From: Callorhinchus milii
Lineage: Eukaryota
DNA length: 64,000 nucleotides
Reading direction: 5' to 3'
NCBI RefSeq assembly: GCF_018977255.1
Contig: NW_024704743.1
Location: 40,426,001-40,490,000, forward strand
The notes beneath the pieces were generated by a model. It saw only the letters and a program-made list of their open reading frames with translations, ran no database searches and had not been told where the DNA came from. The position numbers and the translations under genes were made by a program. Below, in pieces: positions 1 to 12,960 of this stretch (within the stretch, counting starts at the first letter, position 1; every line of letters starts with the position of its first letter).

Positions 1-190
1 GGCTCATTCTGACTTTAGTGGTACAAAAAAAAGGTGGTACTGAAAGTGGAGGCAGAGAGATAGAGCTGGATGGCATCATATTAAATGTGCAAACATAGAT
101 AAGAAAAGGAGAGGAAAAAGACGAGGACCAAGATAGAGCCCTGGGTACACCAGGAGTGACCGTGTGAGCACAGATGAGAAGCCTTTTGAA
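1..190 (-). mobile_element. Degraded L2-clade LINE fragment (RT region)
   Basis: The reverse complement reads ...ACGGTCACTCCTGGTGTACCCAGGGCTCTATCTTGGTCCT..., a frameshifted GVPQGSILGP RT motif. The same region appears in the L2 copy at ~54450-54600. Confidence 0.75.
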
Positions 191-901
191 GGAATGTAGG
201 ATAGGCATTGGGACTATCTTCTCAGTCTTGAATTTATTTGTGTGTATTTTTTTAACTCAGATTTAATTACCAGTGAAGTGTTCTGAGCAAACTGTTGCCC
301 ATCGATCTTACAATCCCAATTTCAACTGTTAGCATCCTCAATATCCAATTGTGAACAAGTTAAAATGTTATCCCTTGAAATAATTTTTAACATTGATATT
401 CTACATTGTGCTATCATTGACCCTCATGAAAGGCAAAAGCTCAAGGTGCTTACTCGATTGCTACAATTTTAGACAGAAAAATGCCAACTGTTCAGAAAAT
501 CTCTACTGAAGCATGTAAGCAGGTAATTATACAGGACTATGGAATTACTAGGGCTCCGAATTTTGCAAGATGCTATTGTCCAAAGGTTAAACAAGTAATT
601 TAAAAGATGTTTTAATGCACAACAATAACGAATGAGGGATATTGGGTTCTGTCACAACTGTAATCTGAGGGGTACTATTTCATGTTATTGCCTGAAATAT
701 GTGTACAATATATGACCACATGTCATCACATTGAATTGTATTTTAAAAAAATAATGCTTGCATCCATTATTTGCAGATTGTAGTTTTACATGTAAGGTCA
801 GCAGAGAACAGTGCTTGCCCTATTATTCACTGATGTCCCATTAGTGCAGGGAATGGTTATGCAAAGTACTCTGCTTATCTTTATCTTAAGCTGAATCTCA
901 T

Positions 902-1346
902 GAGAGCTGAACTGGCTCCAAGGTGGAAAGTTGGAATCAAGTCAGCCCTCTGTGTCGGTCTCGGTAGTCCAGTTCCTGAGCCAGGTGGATCTGCAGTATT
1001 CCAGGGCACTGCTGAAAACTGCGGAACCTGGAAGGGCAGACCAGTCACAGTGGGCAGGGAGTCATCCCACTCAACTCATTTTAACCCTGCAATACAAAGC
1101 CCTAATGGATAGGGTGGTCCCAGCTGGACAACCAGCGGGAAAGTTTGCTGGACAGCAATATCAATGGTATGCTATGCAGTTTTAGCTGACTAAACTCCAG
1201 GAGTACCCCAACGCACACTCGGGGGTCCCCAAGCATTGGCTTTTGATGTGTCGGTAGATGCGTGGAAATCTCAGCTTGTTTTGGACACTCTTAAATATGA
1301 TGTTGGGTTTCCACATGTGTCAGACACCCGACTAACCCCAAAAAAT
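902..1346 (+). repeat. Unassigned retroposon family X, copy with internal deletion
   Basis: Colinear with the reverse complement of 41925-42560. Ends GTGTCAGACACCCGACTAACCCCAAAAAA. Confidence 0.85.
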
Positions 1347-2324
1347 TATCTTTATATTGAAGGCTGTTAAAATGTTTAAGCATTTCAGTCAATGTATATA
1401 TAATACAGTCGTGTAATTTATCCTTCAGATTTAAGATTTTCGACAACAACAATTTACCTTTATATAACGCCTTTTATATTGGGATGACACTTTAAGACAT
1501 TTCTTGGGAACAAACATTTGGGCTCCTTCACATGTCTGATGCACATCAAAACGTGGTGGTCTAGATCCATATAGTTAGCCCCTCATGGTTAAACAAAGCA
1601 AAGACAATGGTTGCCTTCCAGGATTCTAGGTCACTCAGGTCATCACTTTGCACACAAAGTGACGTCAAAGTGCTTTTTGTGCATAGAAATCATACAACAC
1701 TCAGGAAGAAATGTCAGTGGTGATCTGACAACAAAAGGGTCAACAAAAACTTAATTGCTAAGTTTTTGAATTAAACTGTGCAATTTGTTAAGAGATACAT
1801 GAACAAATTTTGCCACATAAATTTTTTAAATAAATCATGATCTTGAAGTCTGGCAATGTCCATTCTATTGTTGTTGTTTTGCTCTCTTTCCTTTTGTTGC
1901 ATTTTTCAAGCCTTTTCTCAGCTGAGAAACAGCCCGACATCAAATCGTTGACCGCAATCGCGTTCACCATTAGTGCACAGGAATTTATTTGCAAATGTCA
2001 CATTTAGAGTCTCAGTGCCGACACACAATAATAAATCCCTCATAGTTGTACAGTAAGAAAACAATGCTGTATTCCTTCAGAACCAACTCTATAATAACAT
2101 ATCATACCATAGATATTATATAATTCCCCATCAACTTTGCATGTGGTAGTTTGATGTATATATGTTCACAGATAATTTGTATTGTTTTATAAAATAAAAG
2201 TGACTTTATATTTCTGCCCATTAAAAAAATGTCTGCAAGCAAAAAGATTAGAATTCAATTTGGGGATTAAGATGATATTCAGACATGCAGATTTGCTTCA
2301 TTCCTATCGTGAATTCAGTTGTTT

Positions 2325-2560
2325 GTCAGCCTGGTGCACTTTTGCCTTTGAGTCCGAAGGCTGTGGGTTCAAGCCACATGTTGGGACTTGGAATCACATA
2401 GTCCAAGCTGACACAGTAATACAATACTGGGGTGGGGGCGGAATTGTGTTGTTGTAGGTGCCGTGCTTCAGATGAAACATTAAACTGAGGTCCCATCTGC
2501 CTGTTCAGGTTGATGTTAAAGATTCCCTGGCACTATTCGAAAAGAGGAGGAAGTTTCCCT
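2325..2560 (+). mobile_element. Old tRNA-derived DeuSINE (SacSINE1-like), 5' part
   Basis: Head ...GCCTTTGAGTCCGAAGGCTGTGGGTTCAAG..., then a Deu-domain-like core GGTGCCGTGCTTCAGATGAAACATTAAACTGAGGTCCCATCTGCCTGTTCAGGTTGATGTTAAAGATTCCCTGGCACT. Confidence 0.8.
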
Positions 2561-3049
2561 CCTTATACATAGCAAACTCATAGATAAGGTTAATATTGCC
2601 ACTAAAAGCACAAAATAAGAAAGTAATTCCCCCACTGTTCCACTACAGCAAGATATACTGCTATTACACAAATAAATTCCTGTGCTGAAAACTCTGATCA
2701 GCATTTGAGTTCAGCTTGAAGAGAACACCAACTGAATTACAGCAACACCTTGCATTTGTATTGTGCCTTTCACATAAGATAGCTTTTTATAGCTCTTTAC
2801 AAAAACAGAGTGGGGATATTGAGCAAGAATAAGGGGAGAGGGAAAAGTAGAAGGTGACAATAAGCACAGTTGAAGTGGTCCGTTTTAATGCAGGCCACAA
2901 AGACAGATAGAGAAGAGGCAAGGAAGTGGGGAAATGAGTTCCAGAGGTTAGTTTTGCAGCATTTGAATTAGGGGTAAATTGGCATCCTGTTAAGCAGATG
3001 GTTCCTCAATGTTTGTAAACGTGTGCATAAGTACCCATCTCATCTTGGA

Positions 3050-3865
3050 ATATAATTTGGGACAGTGTGAAGTTATTCAACTGGATAGTAAAAACAGAAA
3101 AGCAGATTATTTTCTTGAGGGGGAGAGACTAGATAGTGTTAGTGTTCAGAGGGATTTGGGTGTCCTTGTACACCAGTCACAAAACGTTAGTATGCAGGTA
3201 CAGCAAGCAACTAGGAAGGCTATTGGGATGTTGGTGTTTATTGCAAAAAGGGTTAGAGTACAAGAGTAGGCAAGTCTTACTGCAACTATATAGGGCCTTG
3301 GTGAGACAGCACCTAGAATATGTGTGCAGTTTTGATCTCCTTATTTAAGAAAGGACATACTCACCTTAGAGGGGGTGCAGCATAGATTCACTAGGTTAGT
3401 TCCTGGGATGAGGGGGTTGACCTATGAGGATAGGCTGAATAAACTAGGCCTATATTCTCTAGAATATAGACGAATTTGGGGTGATCTTATAGAAACATAT
3501 AAGATTCTTACGGGGCTTGACAGAGTAGACAGTGGGAGACTGTTTCCCCTGGTAGGGGAATCTATAACTAAGGTTCACAGTTTTAAGATTAGGGGTCAGC
3601 CTTTTCGAACAGAGTTGAGGAAACACTTCTTCACTCAGAGGGTAGTGAATTTATGGAATTCCCTACCCCAGAAGGCTGCAGATGCTCAGTCCTTGAACAT
3701 ATTCAAGACTGAGATTGATAGATTTCTAAAGGATAGAGGGATTAAGGGATATGGGGATAAGGCGGCAAGATGCAGTTAGGGTAGTAGATCAACCATGATT
3801 GAATGGCGAGGCAGGCTCGAGGGCCAGAATGGCCTACTCCTGGTCCTAATTCCTATGTTCCTATG
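3050..3865 (+). mobile_element. CR1-clade LINE, 5'-truncated ORF2 C-terminus and 3' tail, frameshifted
   Basis: Three overlapping ORFs give QRDLGVLVH, LQLYRALVRQHLEY and RFTRLVPGMRGLTYEDRLNKLGLYSLEYRRIWGDLIETYKIL...FFTQRVVNLWNSLP. The tail is GAATGGCCTACTCCTGGTCCTAATTCCTATGTTCCTATG. Confidence 0.95.
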
Positions 3866-6361
3866 ACCCTAACTCAGTGGGGAGAGTTAATAAGTCTGTT
3901 GACAATTAAGGAAGAGAACAAATTAACAGTGTTTCATAATGCATTCTTTCTGACAATTATTATATTGAACAGAACATGTTATACAATACTATTAATTTCA
4001 CACCACAAATTTGTTATAGGTAGCAGATAGGTAAAATCAATTAAAGGAAGATTGTTCCCTAATAATTTGTTCTTAGTTGATGAGTGTTTTCAACATAAAA
4101 ATCAAGAGCACTTACAGTCTGGGCACGTCACAGCACTGTGCAGTTTGTCACTACATTATTCAATTATTTAGCAAGAACATGTTGATGGTTCTTTTAAATG
4201 GCTGCCCTTCAGTGCAGTGCTTTACTTTCTCAGTTCCAACTGGGACATGGTACCATGGAGAAATCTATTGGCAGTTCTGGCATTGGGAGACTGCAGCCCA
4301 TGACTAGATAAAAGCAGTGAGCTGGACTCTGATGCTGGTGATGGGGTTGCTGTTGATGGCTCATTATGTACAGTGTGCTTGGCAAAGCCATGCCCTACCT
4401 TTAGGGAGTTTACAAACAGTTTTTTTTAGGAGCTCAAGTATTTATATCACCTCTGCAGCACATATTCCTGTTTTGTCAGCATTGCCCTGGGCTTAACCCA
4501 CTGCAGTTGTGTCAGCATTTGTCAATGTATCTACTACTATCCCAAGATAAGATTCCTTAGCTTCAGTTCCTGAAATAGGGCAACTTCTCACTAAAGGAAG
4601 TAACCTTGTACAATAAGTTGTACTTCTTTTGGTATTGTTATTATTACAGTTTGCTTTGGAAACCAATAAACCTATTTGTCTTTGGGTCTCCTGATATGAA
4701 GGATGGGTGGGGACGTCTGTTGTTGAGACTCCTCAAAGCTCTTCTCAGAATAAACCATAAAGTAAATTGATTCTATATTTTGTGGGCAAAATAGAATTTT
4801 TCTGACAGAAAATAATGGAATCAATGGATGGGATAGAACTTGCCAAAGATTAATCTGAAAGCAGTATTGGGTGTGAATTGACTTTTCATTCACTACATCT
4901 AAACAGCATGAGACAACAGTGAAGCAAATGAACAGGAAACTGAGTTAAATTAATTTAATTCAAATTCCCCTGGACATTACAATGTTGTGGTTAGACTATG
5001 TGTACTGTTCTGGTCAGAGCAACATAAGGGGTCATCCAGAACCTCGAGGTAGTGCGGAGACCAATAAGGCTGATCCTGAGCATTGATGCTGCAATAGGAA
5101 GACATTAGATTGGCATTGTGGTTATAGGATCAAACAACATTTCTTTATCTTAATCTCTTTTGTGATCTTTTGAACAACAAATTGCATTTATATAGCACCT
5201 TTCACATCAGGATAATGTCCCAAGGTACTGGTCAGTCAAGGGTTTGCATCCTGGGGGAAGCTGGGGTTTGGAATCAAGAGGCGTGTAGGGAAAGGGAGAT
5301 GGTGGGAAGATTTTAAACACTGGGTTTAAAGAACACACAACATCAACAACATGCTCTGCAGGACCTTTATTGGCTCCTGATCTGTCCACACTCACACCCT
5401 CTTAGGAGATTTAAATGTCATGATGTACATAATAATCTTCATCTTTCCTTCTTAGTTATGCAATCCATGAAATACCATTAATTTAACATCAAGTTTGACA
5501 ATAAACCACATAGATTCATATTGTGTGCAGCATTGGATTACATAAAAACAAGTTACGAAATTACTAAGAACTGCCTTTATATTTATCCCATTGAATAAAC
5601 TCTAACCAAAGGAACTTAAGTCCCCAAAAGTAATGAAATGTTTACAATGAACTAGTTGAGACAGGGAAGGGCTGTCACAGACCATTGAGCTACAGATGTA
5701 GCAGGGATGTGGAAAAATAAACAAAGAAGGATTAAAAGTGACAGAACAAACACAAACATCACTTGCAAACTGGGGACTTGCTTTCTTTTTAAGCTCATGA
5801 AAGCCGGCAAATAATTTACTCCTCATTAGGTTGAATAGAGAAACTTCAAAACCTGATCATGTATTAATCATATTTTTTGTATGATTTAATTCATGCCGAA
5901 AGACATAGATGAAAAAGATCACACAATGCAACACATAAACCATGCCCTGACCAAACACATTTGTAATGTGGCAAAAATTGCAAATAATGTTATCAAAAGA
6001 TCTCACTGCAGAATAATTTATATACTTAAAATTGCCTGGTTTTGATAATTGGCAAATGTTGATTTTCAATGTTTTGCAATCCAATCTAAATAAATTTCCA
6101 TCAAAAAAATAGATATTATTATGATGCTGGAAGGAGAAGAATTGGGAAGAAAATGAATTATAACAAAACTGGAGCCATTGAAATGGCATTTGGTGGGGTT
6201 ATTTCTAAAGCTCCAGAAGTTAGCAAGGAGGAGGAACCTAAAAATGTGTGCTATTAAGAAACCATCGCACCAAAGGTGACCGAAAAACAGACTTTATTGA
6301 GGTGTTTTGTTTTATATATTGAAATACAACAACAAGCCAAGATACTGGGAACTGACTTAAG

Positions 6362-6850
6362 TTTTTTTTTGGTCTGCCAGAAGTTTGACACATCATTGTG
6401 CTTAAGAGTATCCAAACCAAACTAAGATGTCCATGCATCCCACCTACAAATGGAAATTCCAGAGATAGATTTTTGGAATGGTATGCACACTCTCCCTCAT
6501 GGGACCAATCAAGTTTACCTAATTCTGGAAAATATTAGGCGCAGATTAGCAAGAACCAAGGCTTGGGGTCCCAAGAGTGTGTGTTGGGTACAGCTGAAGT
6601 TTAACCAGTTAAAACTGCATAGCTTGCTATTATACCGCTGTCTGGCAAGTTTCCCATTGCTTGTCCAGCTAGGACCACCCTACCCATTAGTGCTTTGGCT
6701 TGCAGGGTTAACAAGAGCTGATTGGGATGACTAACTGCCCCTAGTGACTGGTCTGCCATTCCAGGTCCTGCCTTTGAGCCAGGCTGGCTGTGCTACCATC
6801 AGCAGTGCCCAAGAATACTGCAGAATCAGCTCCCCTCCCCCACCCTAGAG
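6362..6850 (-). repeat. Family X copy
   Basis: Colinear with 41925-42400. The T-run at 6362-6370 is its A-tail. Confidence 0.85.
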
Positions 6851-7029
6851 GAAAAGAATGACTTAACCTGAGTGCTAAACACTGAAACACATTTGAAGTT
6901 TGATTGCCATTCCCACCTTCCTACATTTAGTAGTGTATATCTGTTGCACAATTACAAAAAAGCTACAGTATAAAGGGTTCAATTTATTGTAATAATCATT
7001 AGATTTGATATTGTGCTTTATCCCACTGA

Positions 7030-7430
7030 ATTGTCCCAAAGCAATTCACAAATAATTGCCGTCAATGCATTTAAAGACAATTGTAAACACGTTATTTTGT
7101 GCACAGCAAAGTCCAAAAAACCTCTATGACGTGAATGATCCATTTATCTTGTGGTTTGTTGGCTAGGATAGCAGGAGAAATTTCCTTCAGTTCTGTATGC
7201 TTTTGCATGCAGCCAGGATCTCAGTTTAATAGCTCACCTGAAGAATGGCAACAACAACAACAAATTACACTTGTTTAGCGCCCTTTACCTCGGAAAGACC
7301 TCCCAGGGCGCAAGACAATCAGTGGTTTGGGCAACTTTACAATGCAGCAATACCCAATATTACAATAGAATGCCAGTTAAACCTTTAACTTTCTGAGACT
7401 ACAATTCTACTGACAATTGAGCCAGCTATG
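7030..7430 (-). mobile_element. Degraded old DeuSINE with a short L2-type tail fragment inside (~7250-7320)
   Basis: Reverse-strand Deu-like motifs (GTGCACAGCAAAGTCC, TCTCAGTTTAATAGCTCACCTGAAGAATGGCA) are interrupted by CAACAACAACAAATTACACTTGTTTAGCGCCC. Confidence 0.6.
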
Positions 7431-7559
7431 ATACTCAATTCAATTCTGCATTGCAAATCATGGTTTTGTTTTGCTGCTTTTCAGAATCAACGTAAGCTAG
7501 ATCCCAGACAGTTTTGAGGCTAGAGGTAGCATGACACAGCATACAGTACCTGCACATTC

Positions 7560-9430
7560 AGTACATGCCCTCACCGCTGCCCTGGAGTTGTCTGAAGTCC
7601 TCTCACTCTGGCCTACCTCCCGCACTGATTTATCCTCCTCAGTCACTCTCCTCCACAACTCCTTCTGTACCATTCTTGAAGCCCTTGGCCCCTCATCTCA
7701 CGAACAAACTCCTATTCACGTAACCTTCTGCATCAGCCACCTCCACTCACTCAAGAGTCAGGTGAGTGCCGTCGAACTCACCTGGCTCAAATCTGATTTA
7801 ATGGTCACCGGCAGATCTGGCTGGACCACATCAAACCTTATCACTCTGCTCTTGCCTCCGCTATATCGTCCTTCTATTCCAAGGTAATCTTGGAGGCCAA
7901 GGACAACCCAGGCTCCTCTTCTCCACTAGCAAACTGGCTCCTTCATCCACCCTCTGAAGCCTCGCCCATCATCTCCTCCAATTGCGAGGAGATACTGGAT
8001 TTCCTCAAGACCAAAATTGAGGGATCCATTCAGCCGCTTCCACCCTCCCAACCACCACCCCCTCCACATCCTTTCCTCATACACCAACCCCTACCACCCT
8101 TCCCTCCACACCTTTCAATCTGTCTCCCCTCCTCTCTTACCACCACTTTTACCCGCATGAAGCCCACCACCTGCTCCCTCGATCCCATCCCTACTCCTCT
8201 CCTTACCTCCCAGCTCCAACTCCTCACCCTTTATTCTCAGACCTCATCAACCTCTCCCTGTCAATGGGCATCGTTCCCACCCCTCTAAAAATAGCTGTCA
8301 TCACCCCTTTTCTAAAAAAACCTTCTCTGGACACATTCCTGTTCACAAACTGATCTCCAGCCTCACTTTCCTTTCCAAGATCCTTGAAAGAGTTCCCAGT
8401 TTTCCAGCTTTGCTCCTTCCTCTCCTGTCACTCATTTTACAAACTCATCCAATCGGGTTTCTGTGCTGCCCACAGCACGGAAACAGGTCTGGTCAAGGTG
8501 ACAAATGACATTCTGTTCATCTGTGACCAGGGCTCCCTCTGTCTCCTCGTCTTCCTTGACATCTCTGCTGCCTTTAACACTGCACCGCTCTATCCGCCTC
8601 TTCTTTAATCTTAGCCTTCAAGGATCTGTCCTTGAATGGTTCAGATCCTATCTCTTACACCAGCTCCACTTTATTTCCACAAATGGCTTCTCGTTCAACC
8701 CCTGCACCATCTCATGCAGTTCCTCAGGGCTTTGCCCTTGGTTCCTCTTCTTCAACCTGCACATGCTCCCTCTTGACATCATCCGCAGACATGGGGTCAA
8801 CTTCCACATATATGCGGATAACACTCAACTCTGTCTCTCTGCCTCCACCCTCGATCTAAGACTGCCTGTCATGCATCAAGTCCTGGATGAGAGCCACCTT
8901 TTTGCAGTTGAATGTCGACAAGACCGAAGCTCTCCTCATTGGTTCACGCCTGCACCTCCGCACCTCAGGCACTGGCAGCATCAGTATCTATGGCTGCACA
9001 CTTCACCTCATCAAGCCAGTCAGGTGTCTTGTTCGACCCTCAACTATCATTTCTCCCCCAGATCTGCCTCCCCCCACTTCCACGACAGGCCGCTGACACC
9101 TTCATACATGCCTTCATTACATCTAGGCTCAACTTTACCAACTTCCTGCTTGTCGGCCATCCCATCTCTTCCCTCCACAAGCTGCAGAACATCCAGAACT
9201 CTGCAGCTCTTGTCCTCTCCTGCTACATGCTCCGTGACCCCATCAAATCCACCCTCGTATGGGCTCCACTGGCTCCCCATGGCCTTGCCCCCTCCACTCT
9301 CTTACCCACTCTGCCCTCCACCCTCTCTAAACCCAACCCCCCAGCCCACTCAGATCCTAATCTCTGACTGTTCAGCGCCGTAGGATGTCTCCACGACATG
9401 AAAGGGGCTTTACAAATGTAATTCTGCATT
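7560..9430 (+). mobile_element. L2-clade LINE, ORF2 (reverse transcriptase) pseudo-CDS with 3' tail
   Basis: Fragmented peptides MKPTTCSLDPIPT, QSGFCAAHSTETGLVKVTNDIL...FLDISAAF, FHIYADNTQL (YADD-like), FLQLNVDKTE, HAFITSRLNFTN and LQNIQNSAA. L2 tail at ~9380-9430. Confidence 0.95.
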
Positions 9431-10819
9431 GTATTTTGTGCTGAAAAGGTCACACAGAAGAGAATTCACAGTCTAGGCTGACAGAACAGTGCAGCTGGGG
9501 GAGAAAGAAATGTGTACCATTCCTTCAGATGAGATCCTGTCCAGAAGGAGGATAAAGGGAAGGGAGTTTCTCTTGGTTTCCTGTCCAACAATCCACCAAA
9601 TAAAATTAGTAATTGACGTCATGTCTGTTTGTGGGATATTGTGTGTACAATTGGTTGCTATATTTGCCTACAAATACACAATCACAACACTTTATAGAAA
9701 ATCCTGTGAAGTACTGAGACATTTCATCAGTGCGACGAAGCACTATATCAAAGGCCAGTAAGATATAATTTTTTAAATGCAACCTCTTCCTTGGCCAGAA
9801 AGAAGAGAGGGGTGTGCGTTACATTTTATTTCCCATTTGACTCCATGTTGCGAAACTGGGGGCCCAAACTGAAAAAAATGTTAATTTGCCCTCATTGGCA
9901 TCTTTCACCGTAATGATCGCAAAATATGTGACAAGAGAAAAAGATGACTTACATGAAAATCTAATACACTAGTTTTCAGTCATCATTGGGTTATGCTTGA
10001 TTTTTTTCTTTTCCTATGGATCATTTTCAATTCTGACATCAATGAACACTTGAGAGAATGAAATAGAGGGATATAAGAGAGGGGAATAGAAAGTTTGCGC
10101 GAATATACGCACCAGCACGGACTAATTGGCCAAATAGCCTGTTTCCATGCCACATCATTCTATTTAACTGCATTTAACATTAATCACCTGAAATTATTCA
10201 AATTTGAAATACATCAATACATTTGACTTTCAATTGATGACTCAATTGCCGAAATTAGTCATCAAACATTTGCAAATTAATTTGGAAAGATATTAATTTG
10301 ATTTTAAAATTAATTTCTAAAAGTATCAATTAATTCAGAAATATGTTGCCTAATTTTAATATGTAATATTTGTAAATTGACCTTAAAATAGTGTTAACTG
10401 TTAATTGAAAATATTAAATTGAATGAAACATCTTAGTATTTGGTCTTGTGAGAATAATTCACAGATCTAGGATTTTATATTATAATTTGTGCAATTGATA
10501 TATTTAATTCGTGAAATAATTGTCCAAAATTAATTAGCTTCTACCTAAAAGAAAAAATCAGTTTAAAAATCAATTAAGTTAAATTAAGAAATTCATTTAT
10601 AATATCATTTTGTCACTTTTGGAATGATAAATTAATTTATATTTGAAACTTCTATTTGTCCATTTATTCTTATGATGTTCTCTCTTCCTATTGGAAGGTC
10701 CATGATGCGAATTCCACATTACAGATACCCTCTGAACAAAGAAACATTTTCCAACCTCTCCTTTAATTCTCTTTGATATTAAGTTTACATCTTTGTTCTC
10801 TCGTTACTACCACATGTCA

Positions 10820-11700
10820 GCATTGCTCAGTTTGTAATACTTTGGCCTCTGAATCAAGCTTGTGAGTACAGGACCCAAATTGGGATTTGGAACTCATAGT
10901 CTAGGCTGACACTTGAATACAGGGCTGTGAATTGTTAACAACAACAACAGTCCTGTAGCTCAGTGGTTAGAGCACTCGCCTTGCAAGCGAGACACCTGGG
11001 TTCAATTCCAGGCAGGGTAAAACCTTGGGCAAGTTTCCTTACTCCACACGCCTAATAATAATCCCTCCAAAAACAAACACAGTAATAAATTGGTCATTTT
11101 CAATCCACGACTGTTTGTGGGACACTGCTGTGCGCAATTGGCTGCCACGTTTCACCCACAAATATACAGTCAATTCACTTTACAGCATATCAAATGCAAG
11201 GATTATTATTATTTATTATAACAACAGCAATAATTTGCAATTATATAGTGCAAGATAGTATCTTGGAGCAGTGCCAGAGGTGCCATCCTTCAATTGAGAC
11301 ATTAAACTGAGTAGTCTGTTTAGGTGTAAGTTCAAGATTTTATGACACTCATACAGGAAAGATAGGAGTTTCTCCTGGTGTCCTGGCCAACAATCCCCCT
11401 AATAAAATTAGTCATTCGCTTTATGGTTGTTTGTGGGACATTGCTGTGCACAACTGGCTGCTGAATTTTGCCCACAAAATACACAGTCAATCCACTTTAC
11501 AGTATATCCTGTCATTGATCCATCGTTGAGACATTTTGAGGTATCTCAAAAACGTGATAAGGTGCTATTTACAAAATTGGCTGCCATATTCAAGCACAAA
11601 ATCCACAATACTCCATTTTACAGTATATCCTGTGAAGGATTTTCAGATGTTCTCATGACATGAAAGGAGCTGTACCAAATGTAAGTATTATCAGTATTAT
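10820..11700 (+). mobile_element. Old DeuSINE interrupted by a young SINE, with a tandemly repeated 3' part
   Basis: Head GCTCAGTTTGTAATACTTTGGCCTCTGAATCAAG at ~10825. The Deu core resumes at ~11275 (GAGGTGCCATCCTTCAATTGAGACATTAAACTGAG). The tail motif occurs twice (~11530 and ~11640). Confidence 0.7.
10950..11219 (+). mobile_element. Young short tRNA-Ala-headed SINE lacking the 3' stem-loop segment
   Basis: A box TAGCTCAGTGG, B box GTTCAATTCC and (ATT)n tail. Flanking direct repeat AACAACAG at 10943-10950 and 11220-11227. Confidence 0.92.
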
Positions 11701-12369
11701 AATTTTCCAACCAGTGTAAATGATCCATTTCTATGTATTGTTTGATAACCCTGTGAAGGGAAGGCATTGAACTTGCTAGTGAGGAAGCCCAACATTTGCA
11801 GCATTGATCTGGAGAAGAGGGATAAAATCCTGGCCTTCCTCTGATTCCCGACCCTGCCTGACCTCACTAGCGATTGAGTGGACTAGACCTAAGGCATCCA
11901 GTAAAGAAGTATGTTTTATTTCTGCTGGAGAAAACAATTGTTGCCTTTCATTGACAGGTCAGCACTGGAGAATTAATACCATATAAAAAATACTATAAGG
12001 CCTAAAATTCACAATTACACTCATCTTATGCAGTTCTGTAAAGGAGCATTACATTTCCAGAAATGTCCTTTTCCTTTTATATTTAAGCCTCACTTAAGCA
12101 GCCATAAATTAATACAACTCCAAACATAAACCATGGCAATTGCTGCCATGATGTGTGCTTATTCTCATATATAATTTGGCTCCCGAAATATTGGGTGTAC
12201 ATAATTTTTTCTTTCCACTCATTTCTTATGCTGTTGGTTCCACTAGCTGAATTAATATTGCATCACACTAGTACCTATGGAGTAACTTCAATATGGCCTG
12301 AGGTGATGATACATTCCAATTATTCCTGCACCTGGTAGAAAAACCTTCATAATTCATGAGTGCAAGTTA

Positions 12370-12960
12370 TGCCAGGAGCCCTGGAATACAATGAGGTAGT
12401 GTTGAAATTGTATAAGACCTTAGTTAGATCATAGTAAAAGCACTGTGCTGTGTTTTGGGCACCCCGTTATAGGAAGGATAGAAAATATAAGGAAACCGTG
12501 CAGCCTCGATTCATTGCTATGTTTCCAGGGATGAGGGATTTCAAGTATCAGGAGAAACTTGAAGAGTTTTTTTTTAAGTGGAACTGAGAGGGCCAAGGGT
12601 GACCTTATAATAGCCATCAGATTATGAAGGGTTATGAAATGAGGAACAGTAATAGATTATTTCTACAGTTTGGTGAATCAATAAGGAGAGGGTAGAAATT
12701 AAACAGGGCAAAAAAGATTAAAGGAGAAAGTTGGATAAAGTTTCTTTCACTTGTAGAATAGTTGGAACGTGGACTCTTCTGGCATGAGCTTTGAAACAAA
12801 GTCTATAATTGTTTTAAAAAATGAACATTTCAAAACGTGAATAGATAGATGGTTGTAAACCAGGAATGTTAAAAGTTACATGGAGGGTTATGAAAACAGG
12901 GATTACACTAGATTCAGATGTTAAAAAACAAAGCATAAACGGTATGGGCCTATTTCTAAT
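12370..12960 (+). mobile_element. Highly degraded CR1 ORF2 3' fragment
   Basis: Nucleotide resemblance to 3260-3830 (TTGTATAAGACCTTAGTTAGA, GGGTGACCTTATAATAG, ATAGATAGATGGTTG). Confidence 0.7.

Noticed and set aside
6113..6245. Exon-like open segment YYYDAGRRRIGKKMNYNKTGAIEMAFGG...
   Set aside because: The acceptor is purine-rich (AAAAAAATAG), the donor is weak, and no homology is recognised.
8505..9383. 292-aa ORF as a functional reverse transcriptase
   Set aside because: It switches in and out of the L2 frame, has YADN instead of YADD, and carries multiple deletions.
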